From positions 14,960-78,959 of IMG/VR virus record IMGVR_UViG_3300006204_000007: a DNA stretch of 64,000 nucleotides. One strand, 5' to 3'. Numbering within the stretch: position 1 is the first letter of the stretch; each line of letters begins with the position of its first letter. This stretch comes from a virus (Duplodnaviria > Caudoviricetes). The position numbers and the translations under genes are program-made. Shown piece after piece: positions 9,801-19,204 of the stretch. Under the pieces are notes generated by a model that did no database searches, had not been told where the DNA came from, and was given only the letters and a program-made list of their open reading frames with translations.

Positions 9801-10790
9801 TCAACCATTACGTTTTCTTGCAGGAGTTTCAAACGCTTTTTCGACTCCCCACCCCAAGACCTTGATCCGCTGTCTGATGCAGTCGTAATCCATGCCCAGT
9901 TCCGCACACCATTCTATCAGTGTCTTATTCTGCCCATTGTATTCTAAAACCCATTCCCTATTCTTCCTGTTTCGTTTTCTAATTTCCCTTATTCTTTTCA
10001 AATCCTCTTTTTCACTTGTTTCTGCTTTATCGCTTATTTTTTTATACAATAACGGGAACTCTTCTGAGAACCATTTCCAAAAATCTTTATGCGTGTGTTC
10101 TTCTGCAATTTTGCGAACTTCCGCCGCATCCTCAATGTAATAGTAATCGCCAAGATAATAACGTTTCCCTTTGAATATAATTTCTGACGTCCACGTTCCC
10201 CTGTCGTTTCTTTTCTTAACGCCCTTAAATCCAGATGTATTATTTTTCGGTATTTTAGACGTTATAACAAACGCATTCGTCCCGTCTTTTGAGTATTCAT
10301 CATATACTCTCTTCGCTATTTTTATATTATTTTTCCGTGATTCTTCTTGCAAATGCCCACATGATTTTCTGATTTTAAAATCGTTTGTTGCAACGTCAAA
10401 TTGCTTCCCACATGTGCAAAGACAGCGCCAGACATAACATGTACCATCCTTTTCCCCTGTATTATAAAGAGCTTTTACTCCGTATTTGTTCGTTTTTCCA
10501 GTTAAATCTGATTGATAAAATAGATTTTTTTCGTTAACATGCCCGCAACTTGTTGTTTTCTCAGATTTTATGCTATCATATCTAATTTCACACTTTTTAC
10601 CACACGAGCATACACATTCTGCATATTGTTTGTCTTTGTAACGATATACAGAGTTAATTTTTAACTCTCCATATTCTTCGTTTTCGTGTCCTTGCATGTA
10701 TATTTTACCGTTTTTACAATCATAGCAATACTTTGATCCGTTACTTTTTGCATTAAATTCATTTCCGCAATTTAGACATATTTTAATCAT
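9801..10790 (-). CDS. AP2-domain DNA-binding protein of homing-endonuclease type
   Basis: NNTSGFKGV...WTSEIIFKGKRYYLG AP2 motif, CxCxCG repeats, C-terminal YNG..KTL.EW NUMOD-like segment. Confidence 0.7.
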   Translation of the reverse strand: MIKICLNCGNEFNAKSNGSKYCYDCKNGKIYMQGHENEEYGELKINSVYRYKDKQYAECVCSCGKKCEIRYDSIKSEKTTSCGHVNEKNLFYQSDLTGKTNKYGVKALYNTGEKDGTCYVWRCLCTCGKQFDVATNDFKIRKSCGHLQEESRKNNIKIAKRVYDEYSKDGTNAFVITSKIPKNNTSGFKGVKKRNDRGTWTSEIIFKGKRYYLGDYYYIEDAAEVRKIAEEHTHKDFWKWFSEEFPLLYKKISDKAETSEKEDLKRIREIRKRNRKNREWVLEYNGQNKTLIEWCAELGMDYDCIRQRIKVLGWGVEKAFETPARKRNG

Positions 10791-10823
10791 AATATTATTA
10801 TCTCCTGTAAAAAAAGAAAACCC

Positions 10824-11093
10824 TTATCTAAAAGGGTTTTCAATCTGGTTCATGTCTTTGTCGTAAAATCTTATGTCCTGTGAGGAATCCGCAACCGGCA
10901 TCTGCTCACCTTCTCCGCTCTTTTCGTAATGCCCGTAGATTTCTGCGTATCCGTTTTCTGTTTCAATGCGGAAATCTCCGCATCCGTCTTCCTGTTCGTA
11001 AAAATCTGCGTTCTCTGCAAAAATGCTTGCCTGATCCTCATTCTCAACTCTTCCACCCTTTAAAATCATTTCCAATGTTGTCATAATCTCCAC
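10824..11093 (-). CDS. Small acidic hypothetical protein (moron)
   Basis: RBS GGAAGGTGGAG; own AT-rich promoter region at 11150-11200. Confidence 0.7.
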   Translation of the reverse strand: MEIMTTLEMILKGGRVENEDQASIFAENADFYEQEDGCGDFRIETENGYAEIYGHYEKSGEGEQMPVADSSQDIRFYDKDMNQIENPFR

Positions 11094-11221
11094 CTTCCAG
11101 CCTTATGGCTGCCTTTCGTTTTTTATTTTCTTTTTCGGGTTATTGTCATTTGGTTTCCCTCTTGACAATTATATAATATCACATTATTATAACTTTGTAA
11201 AGAGATATTTTCAAAATAATT

Positions 11222-11455
11222 TCAAACGTTATATTTCTTTTTTTCTTCCTCATTCTCCACATATTCTATAAGGTCTTTCGGCTGCATATCTAAAATCATG
11301 CAAATTCTGTTGATGCTCTCCAATGATATATTTGTATCTTCGTGCTTTATTTTTTTTAGCGTGTCTTGGCTTAACAGTTTGCTCGTCTTTGCTCTGTACG
11401 TGTTAAAGCCTTTTCTCTCTAATGCGTCCGCTATATTTATTTTATATTTCAGCAT
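11222..11455 (-). CDS. XRE/Cro-C1 HTH regulator
   Basis: LSQDTLKKIK...ISLESINRICMILDMQPKDLIEY motif typical of HTH_26-type proteins. Confidence 0.8.
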   Translation of the reverse strand: MLKYKINIADALERKGFNTYRAKTSKLLSQDTLKKIKHEDTNISLESINRICMILDMQPKDLIEYVENEEEKKKYNV

Positions 11456-11613
11456 TTCAAATCCTCCTTTCTATTTTCTACTATATATTATCATGCCGAA
11501 AAAGTCAACAAAAAATATTTCTTAAAAAAGTTATAAAAAGGCTTGACTATTTCTTTTAAAAGTGATATAGTATAACCACAGCAATCAACAAACCAAACAG
11601 GAGGAAATACAAA

Positions 11614-11997
11614 ATGTTTAAAGGTTCTGAAAAACAGATTAAATGGGCAAATGATATTGTTGATAATACGAGAAAGGCTTTTGAAAATAAGGTCAGGGAA
11701 GCGGAGTCTGACAGTTATACAAATCCAAAGGTTCTTAAAAATTATAAAAACTTATACGAAATAGCAGAAAACATTCTTTCTAATCTTTCTTTGGCATGGT
11801 CTGCTGGTGATGTTATAGAAAATAGAAACGGATTGGAGAGCGGAGATTTAGAAATACTGGGAATAAAAGTTTTTGGTGGCTGCGCAAGAATTAAGGTTGA
11901 CGGAAGATCTTATAAAGATTCTGATCTTAAAAACAGCGAAACGAAAAAAGAAATAGAAAACAGAGCGATTGATTATCTTAAAAATAAAAAGTCATAA
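11614..11997 (+). CDS. Hypothetical moron protein (GSEKQIKWA motif)
   Basis: GGAGG RBS; TTGACT-17-TATAGT promoter at ~11543-11571; divergent from the HTH gene. Confidence 0.75.
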   Translation: MFKGSEKQIKWANDIVDNTRKAFENKVREAESDSYTNPKVLKNYKNLYEIAENILSNLSLAWSAGDVIENRNGLESGDLEILGIKVFGGCARIKVDGRSYKDSDLKNSETKKEIENRAIDYLKNKKS

Positions 11998-12063
11998 AAA
12001 GTGGATTAATCACATAAACGGTTCACGAATAAATCTGTGACGTTTATGGGATTATTATAAATT

Positions 12064-12453
12064 TTAACTCTGTTTCTTTTTATAATTTGTATATTTTTTT
12101 GGTATATATTTCCGCAGCCTCTTAACGGTTTCTTCTTCTCTTGCGTATATTCTTCCTGTATTTACATCAATGTAAGCTGTTTCCTTGAGTATGTTATTGG
12201 CAACATTATTGTTTACTTCAACTCCATCAATTTTTACATCAGCGATCCTTCCAGACTTGTTTCTATATCCAACTTCCATGTTATAAAGCTTTTCAAGATT
12301 GATATACAGTCTGTCTTGATCCCCTTTTTGCCATCTCTTAAAGATTCCGTCCCCTTTTTCTTTTGAGTAATTGTATAACGCATCCATAGCCTTTTTGGGC
12401 GTATCATAAGATTTATTAGACAACCCGCTACTTCCACCACGTCCTCCCATCAC
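12064..12453 (-). CDS. Hypothetical protein with MGGRGGSSG N-terminus, partner of DUF4417 gene
   Basis: Overlaps the DUF4417 stop; this N-terminal motif commonly follows DUF4417 genes. Confidence 0.7.
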   Translation of the reverse strand: MMGGRGGSSGLSNKSYDTPKKAMDALYNYSKEKGDGIFKRWQKGDQDRLYINLEKLYNMEVGYRNKSGRIADVKIDGVEVNNNVANNILKETAYIDVNTGRIYAREEETVKRLRKYIPKKYTNYKKKQS

Positions 12454-13070
12454 ATCACCCTTTTAAACCTTTCCTGAAATGCCTTAATTTGCACAATGTT
12501 CCCTGTGCATTCTTCCAGCACCTTACCCATAAATAATACCACTTCCGGCCGCAATCTTACAAGCATTTCATTATACCCTGCCATAAACAACTCTTTCTTC
12601 GCCTTGCTATTTGACGCACCTACACTAGATATCGCCACAACGCCGCCCACCGGCTCCCCATCAAAGCACCAGTCAAAACTGTCCGGCGTACTCCATGAGA
12701 TTGTCGGTATCACATTTACTCCATTCTCTTGCAGATATGCGCCCACCCAATGCTTCCGGTAATGATTGTATATCTGAATCGCTTTCGGAAAGTCAGTGTA
12801 TGTAGAAAAGTCCGGGGACATGACGTGGGTAAACTGCCGGAACATGTCAAGGTACTTGTCCGGGGACTGCCAGACAGAATTAAATTGGTAATCGTCCAGA
12901 AAGAAATGCACACCCTTACCGTCTCTGTTCTTTTCGCTTCTGGCGTAGTTGAATCCTATCCAGTCACACTCTTTGTACTGTGTTGGCTGTATCTGCGGTA
13001 TGCCGTATTCTCCCATGCCGTCAAATATGCGCTTTTGGAGGTTTTCATAGTTTTTGGTTTGTCGATACAT
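12450..13070 (-). CDS. DUF4417-family protein
   Basis: GVHFFLDDYQF...SPDFSTYTDFP..IQIYNHYRKHW...VIPTISWS motif. Confidence 0.8.
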   Translation of the reverse strand: MYRQTKNYENLQKRIFDGMGEYGIPQIQPTQYKECDWIGFNYARSEKNRDGKGVHFFLDDYQFNSVWQSPDKYLDMFRQFTHVMSPDFSTYTDFPKAIQIYNHYRKHWVGAYLQENGVNVIPTISWSTPDSFDWCFDGEPVGGVVAISSVGASNSKAKKELFMAGYNEMLVRLRPEVVLFMGKVLEECTGNIVQIKAFQERFKRVM

Positions 13071-13197
13071 TATCTTTCCTCACAATCTCACACTTTTGCT
13101 TAAGAATCAAATATCCGTCCTTATTCTTTTTTACGATTGCAGTATACCCTTTATCCGCAATCTCCCTGGCAACCTTGCCTATTTCTTTGTCTGTCAT
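13045..13197 (-). CDS. Small conserved protein after tail chaperone (50 aa)
   Basis: MTDKEIGKVAREIA... with ATGA overlap; paralog at 61896..62033. Confidence 0.7.
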   Translation of the reverse strand: MTDKEIGKVAREIADKGYTAIVKKNKDGYLILKQKCEIVRKDNVSTNQKL

Positions 13198-13787
13198 CCC
13201 AACACCTCATTAAGCAATGTCTTATATGCGTCCTCCTGCTCCTGCTCTTCCTTTGTCAGTGGCTTTTTCATCAACACCAGTTCTTTGTTGTGGGATAAGA
13301 ACTCTTTCTCATGCTTTTCAAGCTTCTTACCCTTATTCAGCTTATTCCGTATCCCTACAATAAAAGAGAATGTGCCTTCTCCCACTTCATTGAAATATCC
13401 AAGAAACGTCCACCAGTGCAGGTAATCCAGTTCTCTCGTTTCTTTCCCGGCAACCTTATTGACCGCGGAAAAAATCATCTGTTCATCCTGCGTCCAGTTA
13501 TATGTCGGCTGTTCAAGTACCTGTTTTTCTGGTTGTCCAGCGGAGATGAACCATGATATTTGTTTTATTGCTTCTTCCAAGTCAAAGCCATTTTGCGCCG
13601 CCTGCAGCACATCATCAGCGCAAGAAAAGTCCTCAAATAGAAGATAGATAGCAACAATCCACTTTTCCTCCTGGGCCAGTTCTGGGTCTTGGAACGCTTC
13701 AAATACTTGGAGGACATTGCGGTAGTCGGTTCTGATAGGATATTCTTCACCGCCCACCGTCAACGTCTCCGACAATGCGCCTATCAT
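13194..13787 (-). CDS. Tail assembly chaperone (A118 Gp15-like)
   Basis: IRTDYR...DEQMIFSA...LHWWTFL motif; paralog at 62030..62623. Confidence 0.85.
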   Translation of the reverse strand: MIGALSETLTVGGEEYPIRTDYRNVLQVFEAFQDPELAQEEKWIVAIYLLFEDFSCADDVLQAAQNGFDLEEAIKQISWFISAGQPEKQVLEQPTYNWTQDEQMIFSAVNKVAGKETRELDYLHWWTFLGYFNEVGEGTFSFIVGIRNKLNKGKKLEKHEKEFLSHNKELVLMKKPLTKEEQEQEDAYKTLLNEVLG

Positions 13788-14296
13788 TTTTTGCCTTTCC
13801 TTTTATGATCCTGTGGCTGGTACTTTGCCATGCGCTGTTTGCTTGCCAGTTTTTCTAACTTAATCTTGTGTTCAGATAATCTCTCAATGACCGGGATTAA
13901 CTTATCCCAAAAGTCAAGGAAACACTCTAAATCCGGCTGGAAGTTGGGAATCACTGCATACACATCACCAAAGAATTTCCGAGTTGTTCCCTCGCCGAAA
14001 ACTCCATCCATAATAGCAGTTGCCTTTTCAGAGAAATACTTCCTTTCCTCAATTTCTTTTTTATAGTCCATATCGCCGGATTCAGACTCTTTCTTTTCCA
14101 TTTCCTCTGCTAATGCTGTCAGTTCATCACCAGCCGCCCGGAATCTGTCAAAGATAGAAATATCATTGCCGGAAATCACGATGTAATCATCACCGCCGCC
14201 GACGTATACTTTTGTAAGCGTCAACCGGTTGTCAATCCTGATTTCTTCTGTTTTGGTATTTTCATTTTCAATTTTCATTTCTTCAATTTCTGCCAT
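13784..14296 (-). CDS. Tail assembly chaperone (first of the pair)
   Basis: Between tail tube and Gp15-like genes; paralog at 62620..63132. Confidence 0.75.
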   Translation of the reverse strand: MAEIEEMKIENENTKTEEIRIDNRLTLTKVYVGGGDDYIVISGNDISIFDRFRAAGDELTALAEEMEKKESESGDMDYKKEIEERKYFSEKATAIMDGVFGEGTTRKFFGDVYAVIPNFQPDLECFLDFWDKLIPVIERLSEHKIKLEKLASKQRMAKYQPQDHKRKGKK

Positions 14297-14351
14297 ATTA
14301 TTGTCCTTTCAGAAATGGAGCATATCCCAAACGAATACACCCCATTATTTT

Positions 14352-14912
14352 TTAACTAAGATTGCTCTTGCTGCTTGTCTTGGCAAGTTTCTGTTCGCTT
14401 AATGCTGCCGGAGTTTCCCCACCAGTCGCAGGAGTGAATGTCGGTACTCTTTCTGTTACAGATACAGTTCCCTCTACCCTGCCGCCGTTTGGACTTACAT
14501 TAAATGGCAAGCCAAATCCAGCAAGTTCTCCGCCGGTGCTCTGGGGAACAACGACAACATTCTCCATCCAGCCTTTTCCGGTCAGCGTCTTTGTGTCAGA
14601 ATCCCTTACCTCCTCGTCCAGAACCGCTTCTAACAGATAAGCCGCAGTCGAATCCTCATCAAATTTCCTGTTCATTGCCATGCCGAGGATTTTCTCATAA
14701 ATGGCATCTTCCGTCCGGGCATAGTATGTATCTACTGCCAGTTCTGGCTGGTAGCCGCTGTGGTTTACAATGGTTTCCCCCAGTACGTTTTTGGTTGTCT
14801 CCACGTCCGGGTTCAACTCGTACGTTAAGGAATCCGTGTCTTTTCCAATCAGCGTCCATTCTTTCTTGTCAAATGAAAGCCATATGGCGTATGCCGCTCT
14901 TGGTAATTTCAT
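14352..14912 (-). CDS. Major tail (tube) protein
   Basis: Position and size; paralog at 63186..63773. Confidence 0.8.
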   Translation of the reverse strand: MKLPRAAYAIWLSFDKKEWTLIGKDTDSLTYELNPDVETTKNVLGETIVNHSGYQPELAVDTYYARTEDAIYEKILGMAMNRKFDEDSTAAYLLEAVLDEEVRDSDTKTLTGKGWMENVVVVPQSTGGELAGFGLPFNVSPNGGRVEGTVSVTERVPTFTPATGGETPAALSEQKLAKTSSKSNLS

Positions 14913-14926
14913 TGTGTTTCTCCTTT

Positions 14927-15376
14927 CTACTCTACTTCATATTCCATCACCGCATCGGCGGCATAGACAGTTGACTTATCGCCCTCAACCTCTATTACAT
15001 CTGAAAAACTGCCGCTTGTGGTGATTTTTGTTATTGTTCTGTTACCTGTCATACTGGGAAGATTCTGAATATCCTCCAGCCATCCGGAAATGTCGTCTAC
15101 AACCGCCTGCGCGTTAATCATCTGTGCGTTTGTTTTCGGAAAACTTTGATACATAATCCGTATCACCAGTTCTGCCGTAAATCCACCAAGCACATTTCTC
15201 TTCTTGATGTTTCCTCCGGCGGTCGATATGCTTACGCACTTTCCAACCTCCAATGCGTTGTACTTAATCTTTGCGTCCTTTGGAATATACGGACACTCCG
15301 CAATCAGTTCCAGCAGCATTTCCCCGACTTTATCGTATTCCGTTTTTGACAGGCGTTCTTTGATTTCTTCGGGCAT
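14927..15376 (-). CDS. Tail terminator/completion protein
   Basis: Directly before the tail tube gene; paralog ending at 63788. Confidence 0.7.
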   Translation of the reverse strand: MPEEIKERLSKTEYDKVGEMLLELIAECPYIPKDAKIKYNALEVGKCVSISTAGGNIKKRNVLGGFTAELVIRIMYQSFPKTNAQMINAQAVVDDISGWLEDIQNLPSMTGNRTITKITTSGSFSDVIEVEGDKSTVYAADAVMEYEVE

Positions 15377-15379
15377 AGG

Positions 15380-15571
15380 CTAACCTCCGTTCCATATAAA
15401 AGCATTGGTATTCAGCACAATACCGTTGCCCGTTTCCGTAAAAATTGGCTCTGTGCCATTGTATATTTGGAAATCCACATCTTTTCTGCAAATCCCCTTT
15501 TCTCCGTCCGCAAGAGGTATGCAGGCGATAATCTCTTTTGTTTTCTTGTCAAATACAACAATCGTCTGCAT
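15380..15571 (-). CDS. Small hypothetical protein
   Basis: RBS GGAGG; fills the gap in the operon. Confidence 0.6.
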   Translation of the reverse strand: MQTIVVFDKKTKEIIACIPLADGEKGICRKDVDFQIYNGTEPIFTETGNGIVLNTNAFIWNGG

Positions 15572-15615
15572 TATCTTCCTCCAATCTCAAACCTCGGTAT
15601 CAGCGTATAAACGGC

Positions 15616-15894
15616 TTACTCTGCCGCCTCATAGGTCTTTTCAAAGATGTCCGGCTTGCATGGGTAAAACTCCCCGTTTACGCCCTTGATAATGAAATCT
15701 CCCTTAGTACACTCATGGTCTCCCTCTAAGGTATGGATTTTCATATTTACAATGGGCGCACCTTTGCCAACTTCCCAAGCGGCATCGTGAATATCGTATT
15801 TCAGAGATTCCCCGACAAACGCTTTTACTTCTTCAAGATTTAACCCCGTCCACTGGATAGCTTCGATTACAACGGGTTTCTTTCTATACTTCAT
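15616..15894 (-). CDS. Conserved phage protein ([10 protein letters not shown]...TLEG...YPCKPDIF family)
   Basis: Recognisable widespread phage motif, function unknown. Confidence 0.75.
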   Translation of the reverse strand: MKYRKKPVVIEAIQWTGLNLEEVKAFVGESLKYDIHDAAWEVGKGAPIVNMKIHTLEGDHECTKGDFIIKGVNGEFYPCKPDIFEKTYEAAE

Positions 15895-15898
15895 ACTT

Positions 15899-16345
15899 TT
15901 ATCTTCCTCCTATTTCAAATCTTGGTATTAAGGTGTAAACGTCCACCGTATCAACGCTGAACGCATAGCCGTACTTGGTCTTGATATACTCAAAAAATCC
16001 GCCAGGGTACTTGCTTTCGTCTTGGTCTATCAGTCCGACAGGCACATCAATGTCAATGCCTAACTCTGCTTTCTTCACAATTACGAAGAAATTCTTCCCC
16101 TCTGTGTCAAGTGTGAAATTCTCAAGCATTTCATCAGTGGTTAAGTCGTTCCACACTTCCGGGGCTTTGTACGGTTTTGGCAGATTGGCATTCGGGATTT
16201 TCACCACGCACACGCTGGCGTTTTCCATGCCGCTTGCTTTCTGGTTTGCCCCCTGCGTCAGTTCCACCCGCACATTGTCAAACCGTGTGCCGAAATATGT
16301 TTCTGTTTCCATCAGTCCGTTTATGTACCGATTGTAGATAACCAT
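15899..16345 (-). CDS. Head-tail joining/stopper protein (A118 Gp9-like)
   Basis: Position in the head-completion module; beta-rich with C-terminal IPRFEIGGR. Confidence 0.65.
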   Translation of the reverse strand: MVIYNRYINGLMETETYFGTRFDNVRVELTQGANQKASGMENASVCVVKIPNANLPKPYKAPEVWNDLTTDEMLENFTLDTEGKNFFVIVKKAELGIDIDVPVGLIDQDESKYPGGFFEYIKTKYGYAFSVDTVDVYTLIPRFEIGGR

Positions 16346-16359
16346 GCTGTCAACATAGC

Positions 16360-17289
16360 CTATCCCAAATTAACCGCCCCCTCTATCCGCTGTTTTGCAA
16401 TCTCAAAATATTGCTCCGATAGTTCCATGCCAATAAAGTTTCTTCCAGTGTTGACGCAAGCAAGGCCAGTCGAACCGCTACCCATGCAGTTATCAAGCAC
16501 TGTATCACCCTCGTTGGTATATATCTTTATGAGATATTCAAGAAGAGAAACGGGTTTCTGCGTTGGATGAAATCTTTTAGATTCTTTTTTGAAATCCAAA
16601 ATATTTCCAACAAACTTTTTTCCGCTTGGGATATTAAACACTCTCGCAAAATCTTCATTGAATTTATTGTTCAATAATTTACATTCAGAAAATGTTTTAA
16701 ACCCTTGCATTTTGTCAATCCCGAAAGAATTTATCAATTCTATGTATGTTTGTTCTGTACATAAAGAAAATTGGCTTGTATTGACATAAAAACAATGCTC
16801 CGCTTTTCTATGACCAAGTATTTTGTTAATTTCTTTTCCGCTTGCAACTCCAATATAATCAAGTATTTTTTGAAAATACTCCCTTAAAGGATTTAATAAT
16901 TGGCTGTCGTGTCGTTTGTGAAATACGCTTAAATCCTCAAAATATGAAACTGGCGCATTATGTGATACCAATGGATTAGCGAAATGGTCTTTTTTCCATA
17001 TCAATGGATAACAAAATTCTAAATTTGTTTTTGGCTCATACCTCAATTTAGATGTGTATGGTTCCTGTGAAAACAAAATAGCGATTCCATTTTTGCGAAG
17101 CACTCTTTCGTATTGGCGAAACAAATCTTCATCATTTAAACGGTTGTCCCACTCTGTAGATTTTTCGTCCCAGCCATCCAAATCAGCGCCTCTCATTGTT
17201 CCATACGGTAAATCGCATAAAACCATATCAATACAACCGTCTGGAACATCCTTCATCAATTCAAGGCAATCACCGTTAAGAAGTTTCAT
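16360..17289 (-). CDS. Orphan N6-adenine/N4-cytosine DNA methyltransferase (beta class)
   Basis: GDCLELM...CDLPYG (motif IV), HPTQKPV, VLDNCMGSGSTG (motif I); AT-rich. Confidence 0.9.
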   Translation of the reverse strand: MKLLNGDCLELMKDVPDGCIDMVLCDLPYGTMRGADLDGWDEKSTEWDNRLNDEDLFRQYERVLRKNGIAILFSQEPYTSKLRYEPKTNLEFCYPLIWKKDHFANPLVSHNAPVSYFEDLSVFHKRHDSQLLNPLREYFQKILDYIGVASGKEINKILGHRKAEHCFYVNTSQFSLCTEQTYIELINSFGIDKMQGFKTFSECKLLNNKFNEDFARVFNIPSGKKFVGNILDFKKESKRFHPTQKPVSLLEYLIKIYTNEGDTVLDNCMGSGSTGLACVNTGRNFIGMELSEQYFEIAKQRIEGAVNLG

Positions 17290-17836
17290 TTTCGCTTTCC
17301 TCCTGCTTCTCCACTGGCTTATCCTCCGGCGGTCTGCTTATCGGGGCATTGCGGCGTGGGTAGGGTATTCCGGCATACAGAAGATTTACGCCGTTGGAAT
17401 CCGGCACAAGTGAGAGATATTCCCTCACAGTATCACGGTATAGCCGTTCCTGCGCCGCCTTGTCCGACAAAACAGTGTCAATCAGTGTGCTGCCGGATTC
17501 TGCCTTTGCCGTGTATGATATGGATTCACTGCCAGAGGAAACGGAAGATACCACTTTCCCCCGGAGTGCGCCGGATTCGTCCGTTATGTACCCCTGCCCC
17601 TCTGCCACACGCTTGTTTGCCGCTTCAATCTGCCCGGCAATCTTAATCAGCTTGCAGACGCACCGCCGGACGGCTTCTGCATCGTCCTCATTGGTCGGGA
17701 ATGCGAATTTCAGCTTATTCAGCGTGAGAGTGTCCACTTTCCGGCAAGCCTCCCATGACAGCCGGTTAAAGTCGGTTTCCGGCATGGATTCCTCGCCGTA
17801 TATGCTTTTGTAGTAGTCGTAGGTTACATATCCCAT
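17276..17836 (-). CDS. Head-tail connector/adaptor (A118 Gp8-like)
   Basis: YVTYDYY...F.RL..EA.R..D; SVSSGSESISY motif. Confidence 0.8.
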   Translation of the reverse strand: MGYVTYDYYKSIYGEESMPETDFNRLSWEACRKVDTLTLNKLKFAFPTNEDDAEAVRRCVCKLIKIAGQIEAANKRVAEGQGYITDESGALRGKVVSSVSSGSESISYTAKAESGSTLIDTVLSDKAAQERLYRDTVREYLSLVPDSNGVNLLYAGIPYPRRNAPISRPPEDKPVEKQEESENETS

Positions 17837-17839
17837 GGG

Positions 17840-18097
17840 CTACTCCACGATTTCCCAATCTTCTGCCAACATATCAGCCTGGGAAGCAAGCCAGCCGCAC
17901 TGGTAGCCGCTTGTGCCGACAAACATCAGGAATTTGCTTCCAATGTTTTCATGCTCCGGGTCAATAACTACCTCTCCAGATTTAGTGGCGCATGTTTTCA
18001 TGTATGCCAAAACAACATACTGTTCTTTTCCGTTCCAGCCCTTGCGCTTTGCCTTCTTTCCGTTTTTGATTGCTTCTAACGCTTCTCCAAAATTCAT
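17840..18097 (-). CDS. DUF2829/Tad2-like protein (candidate nucleotide-signal sponge)
   Basis: MNFGEALEAIKNGKK..RKGWNGK...GWLASQADMLAEDWEIV signature. Confidence 0.75.
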   Translation of the reverse strand: MNFGEALEAIKNGKKAKRKGWNGKEQYVVLAYMKTCATKSGEVVIDPEHENIGSKFLMFVGTSGYQCGWLASQADMLAEDWEIVE

Positions 18098-18164
18098 AGT
18101 CTTATTTTCCTCCTATTTGATTTCCAGCATGAAATACTTTACATATCCCATGCCGGTTTGCTTT

Positions 18165-19148
18165 TTATGACAGCTTCGTACTCTTTGCCCTTGTCGTGCC
18201 GCCAGATTCCTCGCCGGTTTCGCTTGCACTGGATGCACCCGGTTTCTTGCTGTAGAAAATCAGGTCAGGCATAACAACCTTACAGCCGTAGTGGAAGAAC
18301 ATGCCGATTGCATACGCATTGGAAAGCTCAATCTGCTTTGCTTGGTATTCGTCTGCCATAACCGGCTCCGCAATCGCCCCGGTACACATAGCGATAATCT
18401 CAACTCCCTCCGGCTGATGAACATTGGAGTAAATCCATGCACCGTGATACCGCCCGAACTCCGCAACGTCCGTCTGAACATTTGCGTTGCCTTTTGTGTC
18501 GATGTAGTCCCGCATTTCCTCGTAGGCTTCCGGGGACAGGACAACGTGAATATCCTCTTTCTCGATGCCGTCCACAAACTCATTTTTTGCAGTGTGCAGC
18601 TTCATCACTACCGCCGTTACACGGTCTTTAATGGTATCGCCGGACACCGTAACCTCTGTACCGCCGTCAACCGTCCCAACAGTGCCGTCACTCTCTTTGC
18701 GCTTGCCGACAGCCACAAGGAAAAAGTTTTCATCCAGTTCCCGAACCATGGCACGGGTAATAGCTGTTTTTCTTTCAGATAACAGCCCAGGAATGCCGCC
18801 CAGCCGGATATCCTTTTCCTCGTATTCCTCCATGATTTCCTTGTCGATGTCGATGTCTACGGCAACCTCAAATCCCCTGCCGGGCTTTCCTTTTCTTGCC
18901 GCCCTTGCCGTGCCGTATTCTTCTGATTTTGCAGAAGCAAATCTTTTCGCCACAAGCGTTCCTGCCTGCGGGTCGCCGGATAATCTCTGATTTTTGAAAA
19001 GGCTTGAAATCGTCCGCCTGCCGACATTCTCAATAATGCCCTTATATTCCTCTGCAAGTTTCAGTTTTCCGTCTTCGGTTCCTGCCAAATCGGAAAGTTT
19101 TACAAGATTTAATGAATCAATAGCCATAATAAAATCCTTTCTACCCAT
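18165..19148 (-). CDS. Major capsid protein
   Basis: Follows the scaffold gene; ~320 aa; flexible C-terminal tail similar to that of the tail tube protein. Confidence 0.85.
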   Translation of the reverse strand: MGRKDFIMAIDSLNLVKLSDLAGTEDGKLKLAEEYKGIIENVGRRTISSLFKNQRLSGDPQAGTLVAKRFASAKSEEYGTARAARKGKPGRGFEVAVDIDIDKEIMEEYEEKDIRLGGIPGLLSERKTAITRAMVRELDENFFLVAVGKRKESDGTVGTVDGGTEVTVSGDTIKDRVTAVVMKLHTAKNEFVDGIEKEDIHVVLSPEAYEEMRDYIDTKGNANVQTDVAEFGRYHGAWIYSNVHQPEGVEIIAMCTGAIAEPVMADEYQAKQIELSNAYAIGMFFHYGCKVVMPDLIFYSKKPGASSASETGEESGGTTRAKSTKLS

Positions 19149-19204
19149 AATTTTTAAAAGGTGTGTGGGTCAGCGACTTACTCAAACGTAAGCCGGTACT
19201 CGAT

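Noticed and set aside
13784-14296. Programmed -1 frameshift between tail chaperones
   Set aside because: The two ORFs are coupled by an ATGA overlap with a separate start, and I could not identify a convincing slippery heptamer.
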